From Vulcanimicrobiota bacterium (lineage in GTDB: Bacteria > Vulcanimicrobiota > Vulcanimicrobiia > Vulcanimicrobiales > Vulcanimicrobiaceae): a DNA stretch of 64,000 nt. The notes under the pieces were generated by a model. The model was given only the letters and a program-made list of their open reading frames with translations, was not told the origin of the DNA and did no database searches. Both the position numbers and the translations under genes were made by a program. How positions within the stretch are numbered: position 1 is the stretch's first letter; every line of letters starts with the position of its first letter. The DNA is taken from positions 192,001-256,000 of the forward strand of contig CAWGBN010000009.1 of assembly GCA_963820825.1 (NCBI GenBank). The letters run 5' to 3'. Below, piece by piece: positions 1 to 10,076 of this stretch.

Positions 1-178
1 GGCGCGCCGCGAGCATCGCCGCGACGAGAATCCCGATCAAGGCGACGACGATGGAAGCGTATCGCCGAGCCTGTCGCACGGAGAATAAGTCGCCGATCAG
101 CACGACGAGCGCGGCGATCGCGACGGCGCCCACCGGTGCGATCGCGTGCCAGTCGGCAGAACTAAACGGAAGTTTCAT
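1..178 (-). CDS. nuoN: NADH-quinone oxidoreductase subunit N, N-terminal part (runs off window)
   Basis: Hand translation MKLPFSSADWHAIAPVGAVAIAALVVLIGDLF…, hydrophobic; ATG overlaps the nuoM stop (ATGA); expected operon position. Confidence 0.85.
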   Translation of the reverse strand, partial: MKLPFSSADWHAIAPVGAVAIAALVVLIGDLFSVRQARRYASIVVALIGILVAAMLAAR

Positions 179-1548
179 AGGCGCAGCAGCGGCGCCGGAT
201 CGACGCCTAAGGCGACCAATGCGGCGAGAAGCGGCGCGACGGCAAGGCCTTCGAGCCAGGTGAGATCGGCGCGAACCGGGACGTCCTCAACTTCGGGTCC
301 ATTCATGAGATCCTGGTAGAGCCGAATCATATAGGCTGAAGCGATCACGATCGCGACGAGCGCGACGACGACGGGCCAAACGTAGCCGGCCTGATAGACG
401 CCGATAAGGATGACGAGCTCGCCGACGAAACCGGCCAAACCGGGGAGACCCAGCGCCGCGAGCGCCGCGATGCAGAGCGCACCGGCGAGCCGCGGGTTCT
501 TCCAACCCAACCCGCCGAGCCGCAGCAGCGAGCGCGTCTCTTCGCGTTCCTCGAGATAGCCGAGCAGGATGAAGAGCGCCGCCGAGAAGAGCCCGTGCGC
601 GACGATGTAGACGAGCGCGCCTTTTAACGCCAACGGATTGCGCGAAGCGATCGCGATCACGATCAGCCCGAGATGCGAGAGCGACGAGTACGCGACGATG
701 CGCTTCGCGTCGTTCTGAACCAGAGCGATCGCGGCGCCGTAGATCAGCGAAATCGCCGCGAGCACGATCAACGGCTCGGCGTAGAGCCGCAGATAATCGG
801 GGAGCAGCGCGAGCGCGATGACGACGAGCCCGTAGAGGCCGGCCTTCGACTGCACGGCCGAGACGACCGCGACCATCGGCGCCGGCAATCCGCTATAGGT
901 CGGCGGCATCCAGGTGTGGAGCGGCCAGACCGGCGTCTTCACCAAGAAGGCGAAAGCAAAGCCCGCGAAAATCCACGGCGCCCACGCACCGACCAGCGGC
1001 GTCACGTTACGGCCGATTACGTCGGTCGACCCATAGATCACGCCGAAGGCGGCCGTCGCGAGCAGCAGCGTCAAGCCGCCGGCAAAGTTGTAGATGAAGT
1101 AGCGCCAGGCGGTCGCGGGATGCTCGCCCCAGCCGAGCAACCCGAAGAAGACCGGGATCAGCATCAGATCCCAGAAGAGCGCGAAGACGAGCAGGTCGCG
1201 GGCGAGAAAGAGCCCGAGCATCGTGCCTTCGAGCATCAGCAGCAGCGCGATGAAGTCGCGCGTGCGCGTCACGCGCACCGTCGGGATCGCGCACGCGGTG
1301 CAGAGCGCGAGCAGCAGTGCGATCCAGAACGAAAACGGCGTCGCACCGAAATGGAAGGCCGCCGTGAACGGCCGGGAGAGCCAATGCATACTCCACTCGC
1401 GCGTCCCCGCCGCGATCAGCATCGCAAACGTCGCAACCGCTACGGCGGTTCCGATCGCGCGCGAGAGCCCGCGGTCGCCGCGCGGCAGCGCAAAGAGCAG
1501 CGCTCCCACGACGATCGGCAACAGAATGGTGACTGGAACGAGTGTCAT
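175..1548 (-). CDS. nuoM: NADH-quinone oxidoreductase subunit M
   Basis: Antiporter-like membrane protein with KTPVWPLHTWMP and KRIVAYSSLSHLG motifs; operon order. Confidence 0.95.
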   Translation of the reverse strand: MTLVPVTILLPIVVGALLFALPRGDRGLSRAIGTAVAVATFAMLIAAGTREWSMHWLSRPFTAAFHFGATPFSFWIALLLALCTACAIPTVRVTRTRDFIALLLMLEGTMLGLFLARDLLVFALFWDLMLIPVFFGLLGWGEHPATAWRYFIYNFAGGLTLLLATAAFGVIYGSTDVIGRNVTPLVGAWAPWIFAGFAFAFLVKTPVWPLHTWMPPTYSGLPAPMVAVVSAVQSKAGLYGLVVIALALLPDYLRLYAEPLIVLAAISLIYGAAIALVQNDAKRIVAYSSLSHLGLIVIAIASRNPLALKGALVYIVAHGLFSAALFILLGYLEEREETRSLLRLGGLGWKNPRLAGALCIAALAALGLPGLAGFVGELVILIGVYQAGYVWPVVVALVAIVIASAYMIRLYQDLMNGPEVEDVPVRADLTWLEGLAVAPLLAALVALGVDPAPLLRL

Positions 1549-3488
1549 CAGTGCCCCATCGCCCCCGCGGCGACGGCGTAGTAGACGATGAAGCAGGCCG
1601 CGCCGACGAAGAGAATCAATGCGTACGCGCGGACGAGGCCGGTCTGAAACGAGCGGACGACTGCGCCGGACCAGCCGGCCCAGTAGGCGAGTTCGCGGAC
1701 CGCACCGTCGATCACGTGCGGATCGAGCACGCGTCCGAAGAGCAGACCGAGTCGCTGCGCCGGCTGCACGAAGAAGAGCTCGATGATCTCGTCGACGTAG
1801 AAGCGCTTGGCCAGAATGGCGGGCGTATGTTCGGCTTCACCGCGCAGGCGTTCGACCGCATCGCTCCGCGCCTCGGCGCGCGCGTAGCGGTACCAGGCGA
1901 TCGCAAAGCCGACGATGACGAGCGCGAAGACGAGTGCCGACGTCATTCCTTCGGAGATGGGTGGTGCGGGCAGGGTCGCGGCGACCGAAGCCTGCCGGGC
2001 GAAGAGCGGAGCGAAGTAGTGCGACCACGGCGAGTTCTCTCCGCCGAACATTAGCGCGCCGCCGATCGCGACGGTCGGCACCACTAAGATTCCGACCGGC
2101 AGATTCATCACCCAACCCGGCAGATGCAGGTGCGACGTATCGAGCTTGCCGCGATACTCGCCCAAGAACGCGACGAAGAGCAGCCGGAACATGTAGTACG
2201 CGGTGATTCCGGCGGTAAGAACGCCGACGCCATAGAGCCACGGATGGCCGTGCGCCAGCGCGCCGTAGATCACTTGGTCCTTTGAGAAGAATCCGCTAAA
2301 GCCGGGAATGCCGCAGATCGAGAGCACGCCGGTGAGCATCGCCCAGAACGCAAAGGGCATCTTCTTCCACAGCCCGCCCATCTGCCGGACGTCCTGCTCG
2401 TTCGCCAGTGCGTGAATCACGAGCCCGGACGTCAGAAAGAGCTGCGCTTTGAAGAACGCGTGGGTAAAGAAGTGCGCGATTCCGCCTTCGTAAGCGCCGA
2501 CGCCGACGCCCATGATCATGTAGCCGATCTGCGACATCGTCGAATAGGCGAGAATGCGTTTGATATCCCATTGTGCGGTGCCGAGAATCGCGCCTGCCAG
2601 CGCCGTGACGCCGCCGACCGTGCCGACCAAGAGCTGCGCCTGCGGGTTATGATTCCAGAGCGGCGCGCAGCGCGCGACGAGATAGACGCCCGCCGTCACC
2701 ATCGTCGCCGCGTGAATCAACGCGGAGACCGGGGTAGGGCCCTCCATCGCATCGGGCAACCAGGTGTGGAGCGGAACCTGTGCCGACTTTGCCGCGGCGC
2801 CGATGAAGAGCGCCACGCAGACGGCGAAGACGAGCGGGGCTCCCCACGAGCCTGCGGCCGCAAACGCGTCGCCGAAGCCGATCGAGTGGACATTGGCCAC
2901 GATCAAGAAGATCGCGAACATGATGCCGACGTCGCCGACGACGTTGATGACGAACGCTTTGCGCGCGGCGGCAACGGCCGAAGGACGTTCGAACCAGAAT
3001 CCGATCAAGAAGTAGGAAGCCAAGCCCACGAGTCCCCAACCCACGAGCAAGCCGACGAAGTTGTCGGCGAGCACGAGCGTCAACATCGCAAAGATGAAGA
3101 AACTCATGTAGGCAAAGAAGCGCGCGTACGCGCGGTCGCCTTCCATGTAGCCGACCGAGTAGAGCACGATCAGGAAGCCGACGCCGGTGATGATGAAGGT
3201 CCAGATCAGCGAGAGCGGATCGAGCAGCAATCCAAAATCGAAGCCCGGCAACCAGGTCAGCAGCGGCTGATGCGCGCCGAGCGCCTCGCCGAGCTGTTGC
3301 GTTCCGGCAACCCACGAGAGCACCGCCAACACGAACGATGCGCCCACCAGTCCCGAGACGAGCCATCCCGCCAGCGTTCGCAGTTGCGGACCGAAGGCCC
3401 AACAGATCACCGCACCGGCGAGCGGCAGCAGCCACAACGCGACGACCAGCGGATACGAGCCGCTCGAACCGAGCGCGTGATGGATCAT
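1548..3488 (-). CDS. nuoL: NADH-quinone oxidoreductase subunit L
   Basis: KSAQVPLHTWLPDAMEGPTPVSALIHAATMVTAG motif; start reset to the ATG overlapping the nuoK stop. Confidence 0.96.
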   Translation of the reverse strand: MIHHALGSSGSYPLVVALWLLPLAGAVICWAFGPQLRTLAGWLVSGLVGASFVLAVLSWVAGTQQLGEALGAHQPLLTWLPGFDFGLLLDPLSLIWTFIITGVGFLIVLYSVGYMEGDRAYARFFAYMSFFIFAMLTLVLADNFVGLLVGWGLVGLASYFLIGFWFERPSAVAAARKAFVINVVGDVGIMFAIFLIVANVHSIGFGDAFAAAGSWGAPLVFAVCVALFIGAAAKSAQVPLHTWLPDAMEGPTPVSALIHAATMVTAGVYLVARCAPLWNHNPQAQLLVGTVGGVTALAGAILGTAQWDIKRILAYSTMSQIGYMIMGVGVGAYEGGIAHFFTHAFFKAQLFLTSGLVIHALANEQDVRQMGGLWKKMPFAFWAMLTGVLSICGIPGFSGFFSKDQVIYGALAHGHPWLYGVGVLTAGITAYYMFRLLFVAFLGEYRGKLDTSHLHLPGWVMNLPVGILVVPTVAIGGALMFGGENSPWSHYFAPLFARQASVAATLPAPPISEGMTSALVFALVIVGFAIAWYRYARAEARSDAVERLRGEAEHTPAILAKRFYVDEIIELFFVQPAQRLGLLFGRVLDPHVIDGAVRELAYWAGWSGAVVRSFQTGLVRAYALILFVGAACFIVYYAVAAGAMGH

Positions 3489-3790
3489 CCGCGAAGCGCC
3501 CGTACGTCGTCCACGTCGACGTACTTCTCCGGCCGGAAGGTCGTGACGATGATTGCTAGGCCGATCGCCGCCTCCGCGGCGGCGACGGTGATCACCAGGA
3601 AGGCGAAGATGTGGCCGACGTTCTGCAGCCACGCGCGGGCAAACGCGATGAAGAGCAGATTCGCGGCGTTGAACATCAGCTCGATGCTCATCAGCATCAC
3701 CAGCGGGTTGCGCCGGACGATGACGCCGACGACGCCGATGAAGAACATCACGGCGGCGAGCGCGACGTAGTCGGTCAGCGGAACCGCCAT
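3485..3790 (-). CDS. nuoK: NADH-quinone oxidoreductase subunit K
   Basis: 101 aa, RRNPLVMLMSIELMFNAAN…VAAAEAAIGLA. Confidence 0.96.
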   Translation of the reverse strand: MAVPLTDYVALAAVMFFIGVVGVIVRRNPLVMLMSIELMFNAANLLFIAFARAWLQNVGHIFAFLVITVAAAEAAIGLAIIVTTFRPEKYVDVDDVRALRG

Positions 3791-4380
3791 CAGTCGCTTC
3801 CCTCGCGCAGAATCGCCTCACGCATCGCTCGCTCGACCTTCGCTTCGCTCCGGTTGAAGTCGCCGTCTTTCATCTGCTCGCCGCCGAGGGTGATTACGCC
3901 GATCACCGCGACCATCAGAATCAGCGCCGTAACCTCGAACGGAAGCAACTGCACGGTGAAGAGCGCGGTACCGAAGTCGGCGACGCTCCCAAACGCGTTA
4001 GCGGCACCGACGGGCGCCTTCGGCACGCGCGGCGCGATCAGTGCGGCCTGCATTACGGCGTAGACGAGGAAGCCGAACGAGACGACGACCACGATCGCCG
4101 CGGGCGCCCAGATCTTCGGCAGGCGATTCGGCCCCATGGGAAAAGGCGCCACGCCGCTGCTGAGCAGCGCGATGACGAAGACGAAGAGCACCAGAATTGC
4201 GCCCGAATAGACGATGATTTGAATGACTGCGAGAAACTCGGCCGAGAGCGTGACGTAGGTGACGGCGAGCACCGCGAAGTTGAGCAGGAGCGCAACCACG
4301 CTGTAGACGGGCTTCGATGCCGAAATCGTCCACACCGCACTCGCAATCAAAACGATTGCCAACGCCCAAAACTCAATCAT
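3790..4380 (-). CDS. nuoJ: NADH-quinone oxidoreductase subunit J
   Basis: AEFLAVIQIIVYSGAILVLFVF and LLPFEVTALILMVA motifs. Confidence 0.95.
   Translation of the reverse strand: MIEFWALAIVLIASAVWTISASKPVYSVVALLLNFAVLAVTYVTLSAEFLAVIQIIVYSGAILVLFVFVIALLSSGVAPFPMGPNRLPKIWAPAAIVVVVSFGFLVYAVMQAALIAPRVPKAPVGAANAFGSVADFGTALFTVQLLPFEVTALILMVAVIGVITLGGEQMKDGDFNRSEAKVERAMREAILREGSD
3837..3859. repeat. REP-like repeat copy inside the nuoJ C-terminus
   Basis: CCTTCGCTTCGCTCCGGTTGAAG. Confidence 0.4.
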
Positions 4381-5072
4381 TCCGCGCCGTCATCCTGGAC
4401 CCTTCGACTCGGCGCCGGGCGCCTCGCTCGGGCCGCGCTTCGCGCGGGCGAAATTGTAGGCGGCGGTTTGATCAGCGTAAGTCCCTTGCGTTGCGTCGTC
4501 AGCACCTCGCCGCGCCACGTCGCCAAGTAGCCGCGTTCGATGTCGGTCGTCGACTTGATCTCCGCAACGCGTCCGAGATCGCCGGGAATTCCGCCGGGCC
4601 GGTCGTCGGGCGCCGTTCCCACCCCGGCCTCGACGGGGACGATTAGCCGGTCCTTGTCGTAGATGAACGAGCCGCGCCGGTAATCGGACATTTCGAAGCG
4701 CGGCGTGAGCACGATCGCGTCGGTGGGGCACGCCTCCTCGCACATCCCGCAGAAAATGCAGCGCAGCTCGTCGATCTCGTAGCGAGCGGCGTACCGTTCG
4801 CCGGGCGAGTGCCGGTCATCGGGCGAATTCTCAGCGCCGATGACCGTGATTGCGTTGGCGGGACAGACGCTCGAGCAGAGCTCGCAGCCGATGCAGCGTT
4901 CCTTGCCGTCGGCGTAACGGCGCAGCTCGTGCAGCCCATGAAAGCGCGGCGCATGCTGCTTCTTGCGCGACGGATACGGAATGGTCGGACGCCGGCGGAA
5001 CATGAATCCGAAGGTAATCGACAGTCCCTTCAGGATCGCGCCGACGTTGAGGAGATGCTTGCGCGTCGACAT
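4377..5072 (-). CDS. nuoI: NADH-quinone oxidoreductase subunit I (2x[4Fe-4S]) with C-terminal extension
   Basis: CIGCELCSSVCP and CIFCGMCEEACP; start reset to MSTRKH at 5072. Confidence 0.95.
   Translation of the reverse strand: MSTRKHLLNVGAILKGLSITFGFMFRRRPTIPYPSRKKQHAPRFHGLHELRRYADGKERCIGCELCSSVCPANAITVIGAENSPDDRHSPGERYAARYEIDELRCIFCGMCEEACPTDAIVLTPRFEMSDYRRGSFIYDKDRLIVPVEAGVGTAPDDRPGGIPGDLGRVAEIKSTTDIERGYLATWRGEVLTTQRKGLTLIKPPPTISPARSAARARRPAPSRRVQDDGAE
4400..4433. repeat. REP-like repeat copy inside the nuoI C-terminus
   Basis: CCCTTCGACTCG-gcgccgggcg-CCTCGCTCGGG; ends nearly identical to the 33945 copy. Confidence 0.7.
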
Positions 5073-5080
5073 CCTGCCGG

Positions 5081-6061
5081 TCAGCCTTTGTACGCGACGA
5101 CGATCGCCGTCACGACCAGATTGAGCGTCGCCACGGGCAAGAGCACCTTCCAACCGAAGGCCATCAGCCGGTCGTAACGCAGGCGAGGCAGCGTAGCGCG
5201 AATCCACATGTAGAAGAACATGAAGCATGCGACCTTGACGACGAACCAGACGATGCCGGGAATCACGGTAAGTCCGAACGGCGCGTTCCACCCGCCGAAG
5301 AAGAGCAGCGTCGCGATGCACGAGATCGTCAGCATGTTGACGTATTCGGCGATGAAAAAGAGCCCGAAGCGCAGTCCGGAGTACTCGGTATGGAATCCGC
5401 CGACGAGCTCCGTCTCCGCCTCGACGAGATCGAAGGGGGTCCGGTTCGTCTCGGCGACCGCCGTAATGACGTAGATGATGCAGCCGACGAACTGCGGCAG
5501 AACGAACCACCAGCGAGCCTGCGCGTTGACGATCCCGTCGAGCGAGGTCGTTCCAGCGAGGATCAGCACGCCGATGAGCGAGAGCGACATCGCGAGCTCG
5601 TAGCTGATCATTTGCGCGGTCGACCGGACGCTGCCCAAGAGCGGATACTTCGAACCCGAGGCCCACCCGCCCAAACAGATTCCGTAGACCCCGAGCGACG
5701 CGATGGCGAGAATAAAGAGGATGCCGGCATTGACGTTGCCGATCGACCACGCCGCACCCGAGCGCGACGCACCGAACGGAATAATCGCGTAGACGGAAAA
5801 GGCCGTTACCAGCGAGATAAAGGGCGCGAGCTTATAGAGCAGCGGATCGGCCGTCTCCGGCGTCAGGTCCTCTTTCAACATCAGCTTCGCCGCGTCGGCG
5901 GCCGGCTGCAGCAGCCCCCACGGACCGACGCGATTCGGTCCCGGCCGCAACTGCATCCAACCGAGAATCTTGCGCTCGACGAGCATCGCGTACGCAAATG
6001 AGGTGACGACGACCAGGAGCAGAATCGCCGATTTCACCAAGACGATAATCCACCAGGGCAT
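5081..6061 (-). CDS. nuoH: NADH-quinone oxidoreductase subunit H
   Basis: ERKILGWMQLRPGPNRVGPWGLLQP, AETNRTPFDLVEAETELVGG, PRLRYDRLM. Confidence 0.97.
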   Translation of the reverse strand: MPWWIIVLVKSAILLLVVVTSFAYAMLVERKILGWMQLRPGPNRVGPWGLLQPAADAAKLMLKEDLTPETADPLLYKLAPFISLVTAFSVYAIIPFGASRSGAAWSIGNVNAGILFILAIASLGVYGICLGGWASGSKYPLLGSVRSTAQMISYELAMSLSLIGVLILAGTTSLDGIVNAQARWWFVLPQFVGCIIYVITAVAETNRTPFDLVEAETELVGGFHTEYSGLRFGLFFIAEYVNMLTISCIATLLFFGGWNAPFGLTVIPGIVWFVVKVACFMFFYMWIRATLPRLRYDRLMAFGWKVLLPVATLNLVVTAIVVAYKG

Positions 6062-6065
6062 CGCG

Positions 6066-8048
6066 TTACGCCCTCATCCCGGCCAGCGTCGGGTCGTGCT
6101 CCCAGGTGCCGCCGCCCGAGAGAATTTCCGCGCCGTCACCCTTGCCCAAGCTCGCGGTGACACGACCGGCAAACCGTTCGTCGCCGAGCGTGAAGCCGGG
6201 AGTCGTTTTCGCAATATGTGCGACGATCGCGCCGTGCAGCTCGTCGGCGGGCAGAACCGAGACGCCAAGCTGATCGGCGAGCCCGAGGAGCATCTCGTAA
6301 TCCGAGCGCACGGAATCGGGTGCCGAGAGCGAAGCGTTGACGGGAAGGAGATCGCCGCCGAGCGCGAGCGTCGTGCCCTCCTTCTCAAAGGCACCCTTTG
6401 CCGGCAGGACGAGCGTCGCGCGCTGCGCCGTCTCGGTCATGAAGAGATCGCTGACGACCAGGAACCGCACCATCTCGAGCGCTTGTGCGGCGGCGGCCGG
6501 ATCGAGCGCGTTTCGGGCGGGATTGACGCCGAAGAGCGCGAGCACGCCGAGTTCGCCGGAACGCGCCGCTTCGAGCATCGCGTAACCGTCGAGTCCCTTT
6601 TCGACCGAGAGAAAACCCGGGCCGCTGCCCGGCAGCATTCCCATCGCCTCCGCGCCGCGCGCGTTCGCCTGTTCGCTCGCAACGTAGGTTGCGATGCCGT
6701 CGAGATCGGCGAAGGCCTGCGCATAGCTGCGCCCTTGTGCGAGATCGATTCCATCCCAAATCAACGCGACGTTCGAGGCATCGCCGATCGCGTTGCGCGC
6801 CTCCGCCGCACTCGCCGCGCGGACGACCTTCACTCCGCGAAGCGCGGCTTTACGCACGCGCAGCGAGAGAACCGGCGCACGCTCCTCGAGCGGCAGTCCG
6901 GCGATGACGATTGCCTGCGCGCGATCGATGGCGTCGAGCGGCGCGCCGTGCTTTCCGGGAGTCGCTTGCCGCTGCGAACCGGCACGCCAGTCGAGATTCG
7001 TAACGCCGGCCGATCGGAAGACGTCCTGCAAGACATAGGCTTCCTCGTTGGTCAGCCGGCCGCCGCCGACCGCACCGACGCTTGCGGGGCCTTGCGCCGC
7101 GATCGCTTCGCGGATTGCCTTCGCCCACAGGATGTAGGCGTCGTCCCAGCCGATCTGCACGAAACTGCCGTTGCGCCGATAGAGAGGCTGCGTGAGCCGC
7201 TCGGGCGAGTCGTAGAAGCCGATGTTGTAGCGTCCACGATCGCAGAGCCAGCCATCCGATATCGTATCGTCCTCAACGGACATCGTTCGCAGCAGCGTTC
7301 CGTAGCGTACGTCCGCGAACTGCTGGCATCCCACGGCGCACTGCGTGCAGGTCGTGTGCGTACGATTCAAATCCCACGGGCGCGATTTGAAGCGATAGGT
7401 CTTCGAGGTCAACGCGCCGACCGGACAGAGCTCGGTGACGTTGCCGGTAAAGTTATGCCGGTACGGCTCTCCCGTCGCCGTCGCGATGATGTCGTGCGCG
7501 CCGCGATCCTTAACGACGAGCTGCCGTTCGTCGGCGATGATGTCGTCGAAACGGACGCAACGCTGGCAGACGATGCAGCGCTCTTCGTCGAGTACGATGG
7601 TCGGTCCGAGATCGACGGCTTTCGGCTTGGAGAGCTTCGGGTCGGCGACGTCGGAGGTTCCGCGAGCGTAGGCCATCGAGTAATCCTGCAGCTCGCACTC
7701 GCCGCCCTTATCGCAGATCGGACAATCCAGCGGGTGGTTTACCAGAAAGAGCTCGAGCACCATCGCGCGGGCCGCATCGACGCGCTCGCCCTGCGTGCGC
7801 ACGACCATTCCGTCGGTCGCGACGGTATTGCAGGCAATCTGCAACTTCGGCATACCCTCGATCTCGACCATGCAGATGCGGCAGAGTCCGGCCGGTCCCA
7901 ACTTCGTGTGATAGCAGTAGATCGGAATTTGCTGCCTGACGAGTTTTGCGGCTTCGACGAGGAGCGTCCCCTTCGGTACCGTTACCGGAACGCCGTCGAA
8001 GGTGACCGTCACCATCTCGGTGCCGGCGGCGAGCAATGGCGCGCTCAT
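6066..8048 (-). CDS. nuoG: NADH-quinone oxidoreductase subunit G
   Basis: CRICMVE, HPLDCPICDKGGECELQ, CIVCQRCVRF, CTQCAVGC…CDRG Fe-S motifs; start MSAPLL overlaps the nuoF stop. Confidence 0.95.
   Translation of the reverse strand: MSAPLLAAGTEMVTVTFDGVPVTVPKGTLLVEAAKLVRQQIPIYCYHTKLGPAGLCRICMVEIEGMPKLQIACNTVATDGMVVRTQGERVDAARAMVLELFLVNHPLDCPICDKGGECELQDYSMAYARGTSDVADPKLSKPKAVDLGPTIVLDEERCIVCQRCVRFDDIIADERQLVVKDRGAHDIIATATGEPYRHNFTGNVTELCPVGALTSKTYRFKSRPWDLNRTHTTCTQCAVGCQQFADVRYGTLLRTMSVEDDTISDGWLCDRGRYNIGFYDSPERLTQPLYRRNGSFVQIGWDDAYILWAKAIREAIAAQGPASVGAVGGGRLTNEEAYVLQDVFRSAGVTNLDWRAGSQRQATPGKHGAPLDAIDRAQAIVIAGLPLEERAPVLSLRVRKAALRGVKVVRAASAAEARNAIGDASNVALIWDGIDLAQGRSYAQAFADLDGIATYVASEQANARGAEAMGMLPGSGPGFLSVEKGLDGYAMLEAARSGELGVLALFGVNPARNALDPAAAAQALEMVRFLVVSDLFMTETAQRATLVLPAKGAFEKEGTTLALGGDLLPVNASLSAPDSVRSDYEMLLGLADQLGVSVLPADELHGAIVAHIAKTTPGFTLGDERFAGRVTASLGKGDGAEILSGGGTWEHDPTLAGMRA
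6135..6163. repeat. Degenerate REP-like copy inside the nuoG C-terminus
   Basis: GTCACCCTTGCCCAAGCTCGCGGTGACAC; resembles the 36865 copy and forms a GTCACC/GGTGAC stem. Confidence 0.35.
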
Positions 8049-9322
8049 GCCGGCTGCGCCGCCTCGGCGCCGACCATTCGCGATTTGAAGGCTTCGGGAA
8101 AGCGCTGCATCACCGATTTGAGGAAGGGTTCGATCGAATCGCCGAGCGCGCAGAGATTCAAGCCGGTGATCGTCCCCGAGACGCGCGCGAGCATCTCGTA
8201 ATCGCCGGGGACGCCACGATGATGCACGAGCCGCTCGAGCACGCGTTCCAGCCAGCTCCCGCCTTCGCGGCACGGCGTGCACTGTCCGCACGATTCGTGC
8301 GCGAAGAAGCGGACGAGATTATGCGCGGCCTTGACGAAATCGGCGGTGTCGTCGAAGACGACGAAGGCACCCGAGCCGAGCATCGAGCCGGCCTTTGTCA
8401 TGCTTTCGTAATCGTACGGCCAATCGAGATGCTCCTCGAAGATACATGCCGACGAGCCGCCGCCGGGCTGAACCGCCATCAGCGTTCGTCCCGCTCGCAA
8501 GCCACCGGCCAACTCGATCAGCTCGCGCACCGTCGTTCCTAACGGTACCTCGTAGTTGCCGGGATTGCGGACGTGCCCCGAGACGGAGACGATCTTGTAA
8601 CCTTTGCTGCGCTCGGTGCCCACCGCGGCGAACCACTCGGCGCCGCGTTCGAGGATCGGCACGAGATAGGCGAGCGTCTCGACATTGTTGACGACCGTCG
8701 GCATGCCGTAGAGCCCTTCGATCGCCGGGAATGGCGGCTTCAACCGAGGCTCGCCGCGCTTGCCTTCCAGCGAGTTGAGCAACCCCGTCTCTTCGCCGCA
8801 AATATACGCACCGGCGCCGCGATGGACGGTGACTTCGAGATCGTAGCCGCTTCCGAAGAGATTCTTTCCGACGTAACCCGCACGCCGCGCTTCCTCGAGC
8901 GCGGCGGAGAAGATCTCGTATCCCCGCTTGAACTCGCCGCGAATGTAGATGAACGCGTGATGCGAGGCGATCCCGTAAGCGCCGATCAGCATTCCTTCGA
9001 GAATCAGGTGCGGCACGTTCTCCAGCAGCATGTGGTCCTTGAACGTGCCCGGCTCGGCTTCGTCGCTATTGCAGACGAGGTAGCGCACGTGCTTGTCGGT
9101 CGGCAGGAACGACCATTTGCGACCGGTCGGAAAACCGGCGCCGCCGCGGCCGCGTAGGCCCGACTTCTCCGCGAGGTTGAGCACGTCGACCGGCTTGAGC
9201 TCGCGCACGACGCGCTCCCACTGCTTGTATCCGCCGCGCTGCCGGTAGTCATCGATGCCGCACATGTCGATCTCGCCGATCCCTTCGGTCAGGACTTTAG
9301 TGACCGGCACGGGCACCTTCAT
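8045..9322 (-). CDS. nuoF: NADH-quinone oxidoreductase subunit F
   Basis: SGLRGRGGAGFPTG, DEAEPGTFKD, GAGAYICGEET, ESCGQCTPCREG; exact start uncertain (9310-9322). Confidence 0.96.
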   Translation of the reverse strand: MKVPVPVTKVLTEGIGEIDMCGIDDYRQRGGYKQWERVVRELKPVDVLNLAEKSGLRGRGGAGFPTGRKWSFLPTDKHVRYLVCNSDEAEPGTFKDHMLLENVPHLILEGMLIGAYGIASHHAFIYIRGEFKRGYEIFSAALEEARRAGYVGKNLFGSGYDLEVTVHRGAGAYICGEETGLLNSLEGKRGEPRLKPPFPAIEGLYGMPTVVNNVETLAYLVPILERGAEWFAAVGTERSKGYKIVSVSGHVRNPGNYEVPLGTTVRELIELAGGLRAGRTLMAVQPGGGSSACIFEEHLDWPYDYESMTKAGSMLGSGAFVVFDDTADFVKAAHNLVRFFAHESCGQCTPCREGGSWLERVLERLVHHRGVPGDYEMLARVSGTITGLNLCALGDSIEPFLKSVMQRFPEAFKSRMVGAEAAQPA

Positions 9323-10076
9323 CTTCTTCGACGACTTCGACGACGGCGCGCGAATCGACGACGGCGCGCTCGGTCGTTCCGGTAAAGCGGTAGACGCTGC
9401 GATTGATGATGTTGTCGAGCATGATGATGCCGCTCGCGTCGCCGACTCCGCCGGCATTATTCGGCTGCGGAACGCCCGCCGCGCCGAGCGACTTCTTTCC
9501 GCTCGCGATCTGCTCGTCTTGCGGAATCGACCACGTCTCCCCCGGCGTCTCCGTCTGCGCCATCGGCGCGACGTTGTAGCTCCCGGCCCGCATCGCCGCG
9601 AGCATCTCGTCGATCATCTGCGGCGTCAGGTCGTAAACGAATTCGAGATTGACCTGCATGCAGGTCGCGCGGTCGCACGAAGCGAGACACTCGACCTCTT
9701 CATACGAGAAGAGCCCGTCGTCGGTCGTCTGCAGATGTCCGACGCCAAGCTTCTCGCGAAAATACGCCATGATATCTTCCGCGCCGTTGATCGAGCACGC
9801 GAGCCCGCGACAGACCTGCAGCATGTACTTCCCGACCGGGCGCCGGTAGAAGAGCGTGTAGAACGACACCGCGCCCTCCACTTCGGCCGGCGTGATCTCG
9901 AGCATCTGCGCCGTCGCGCGCATCGCCTGCGGACTCACGAAGCCCTCGTGCTGTTGAAACAAATGCATGATCGGCAAGAGCGCCGACCGCCGCTGCTCGT
10001 ACTGCGCAATAATCTCATCGCATTGGGGCCGCAGGCGCGCCAGCAACGCCGGGAAATTCTTCTCTCGCTCGCTCAT
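9297..10076 (-). CDS. nuoE: NADH-quinone oxidoreductase subunit E with long C-terminal extension
   Basis: QVCRGLACSING…VECLASCDRA [2Fe-2S] motif. Confidence 0.94.
   Translation of the reverse strand: MSEREKNFPALLARLRPQCDEIIAQYEQRRSALLPIMHLFQQHEGFVSPQAMRATAQMLEITPAEVEGAVSFYTLFYRRPVGKYMLQVCRGLACSINGAEDIMAYFREKLGVGHLQTTDDGLFSYEEVECLASCDRATCMQVNLEFVYDLTPQMIDEMLAAMRAGSYNVAPMAQTETPGETWSIPQDEQIASGKKSLGAAGVPQPNNAGGVGDASGIIMLDNIINRSVYRFTGTTERAVVDSRAVVEVVEEDEGARAGH

Noticed and set aside
5970..8201. 743-aa plus-strand ORF, and similar long ORFs such as 34418-36424 (+), 59705-61702 (-) and 62402-63892 (-)
   Set aside because: Antisense or alternate-frame shadows of well-supported genes, expected in high-GC DNA; no recognisable motifs.
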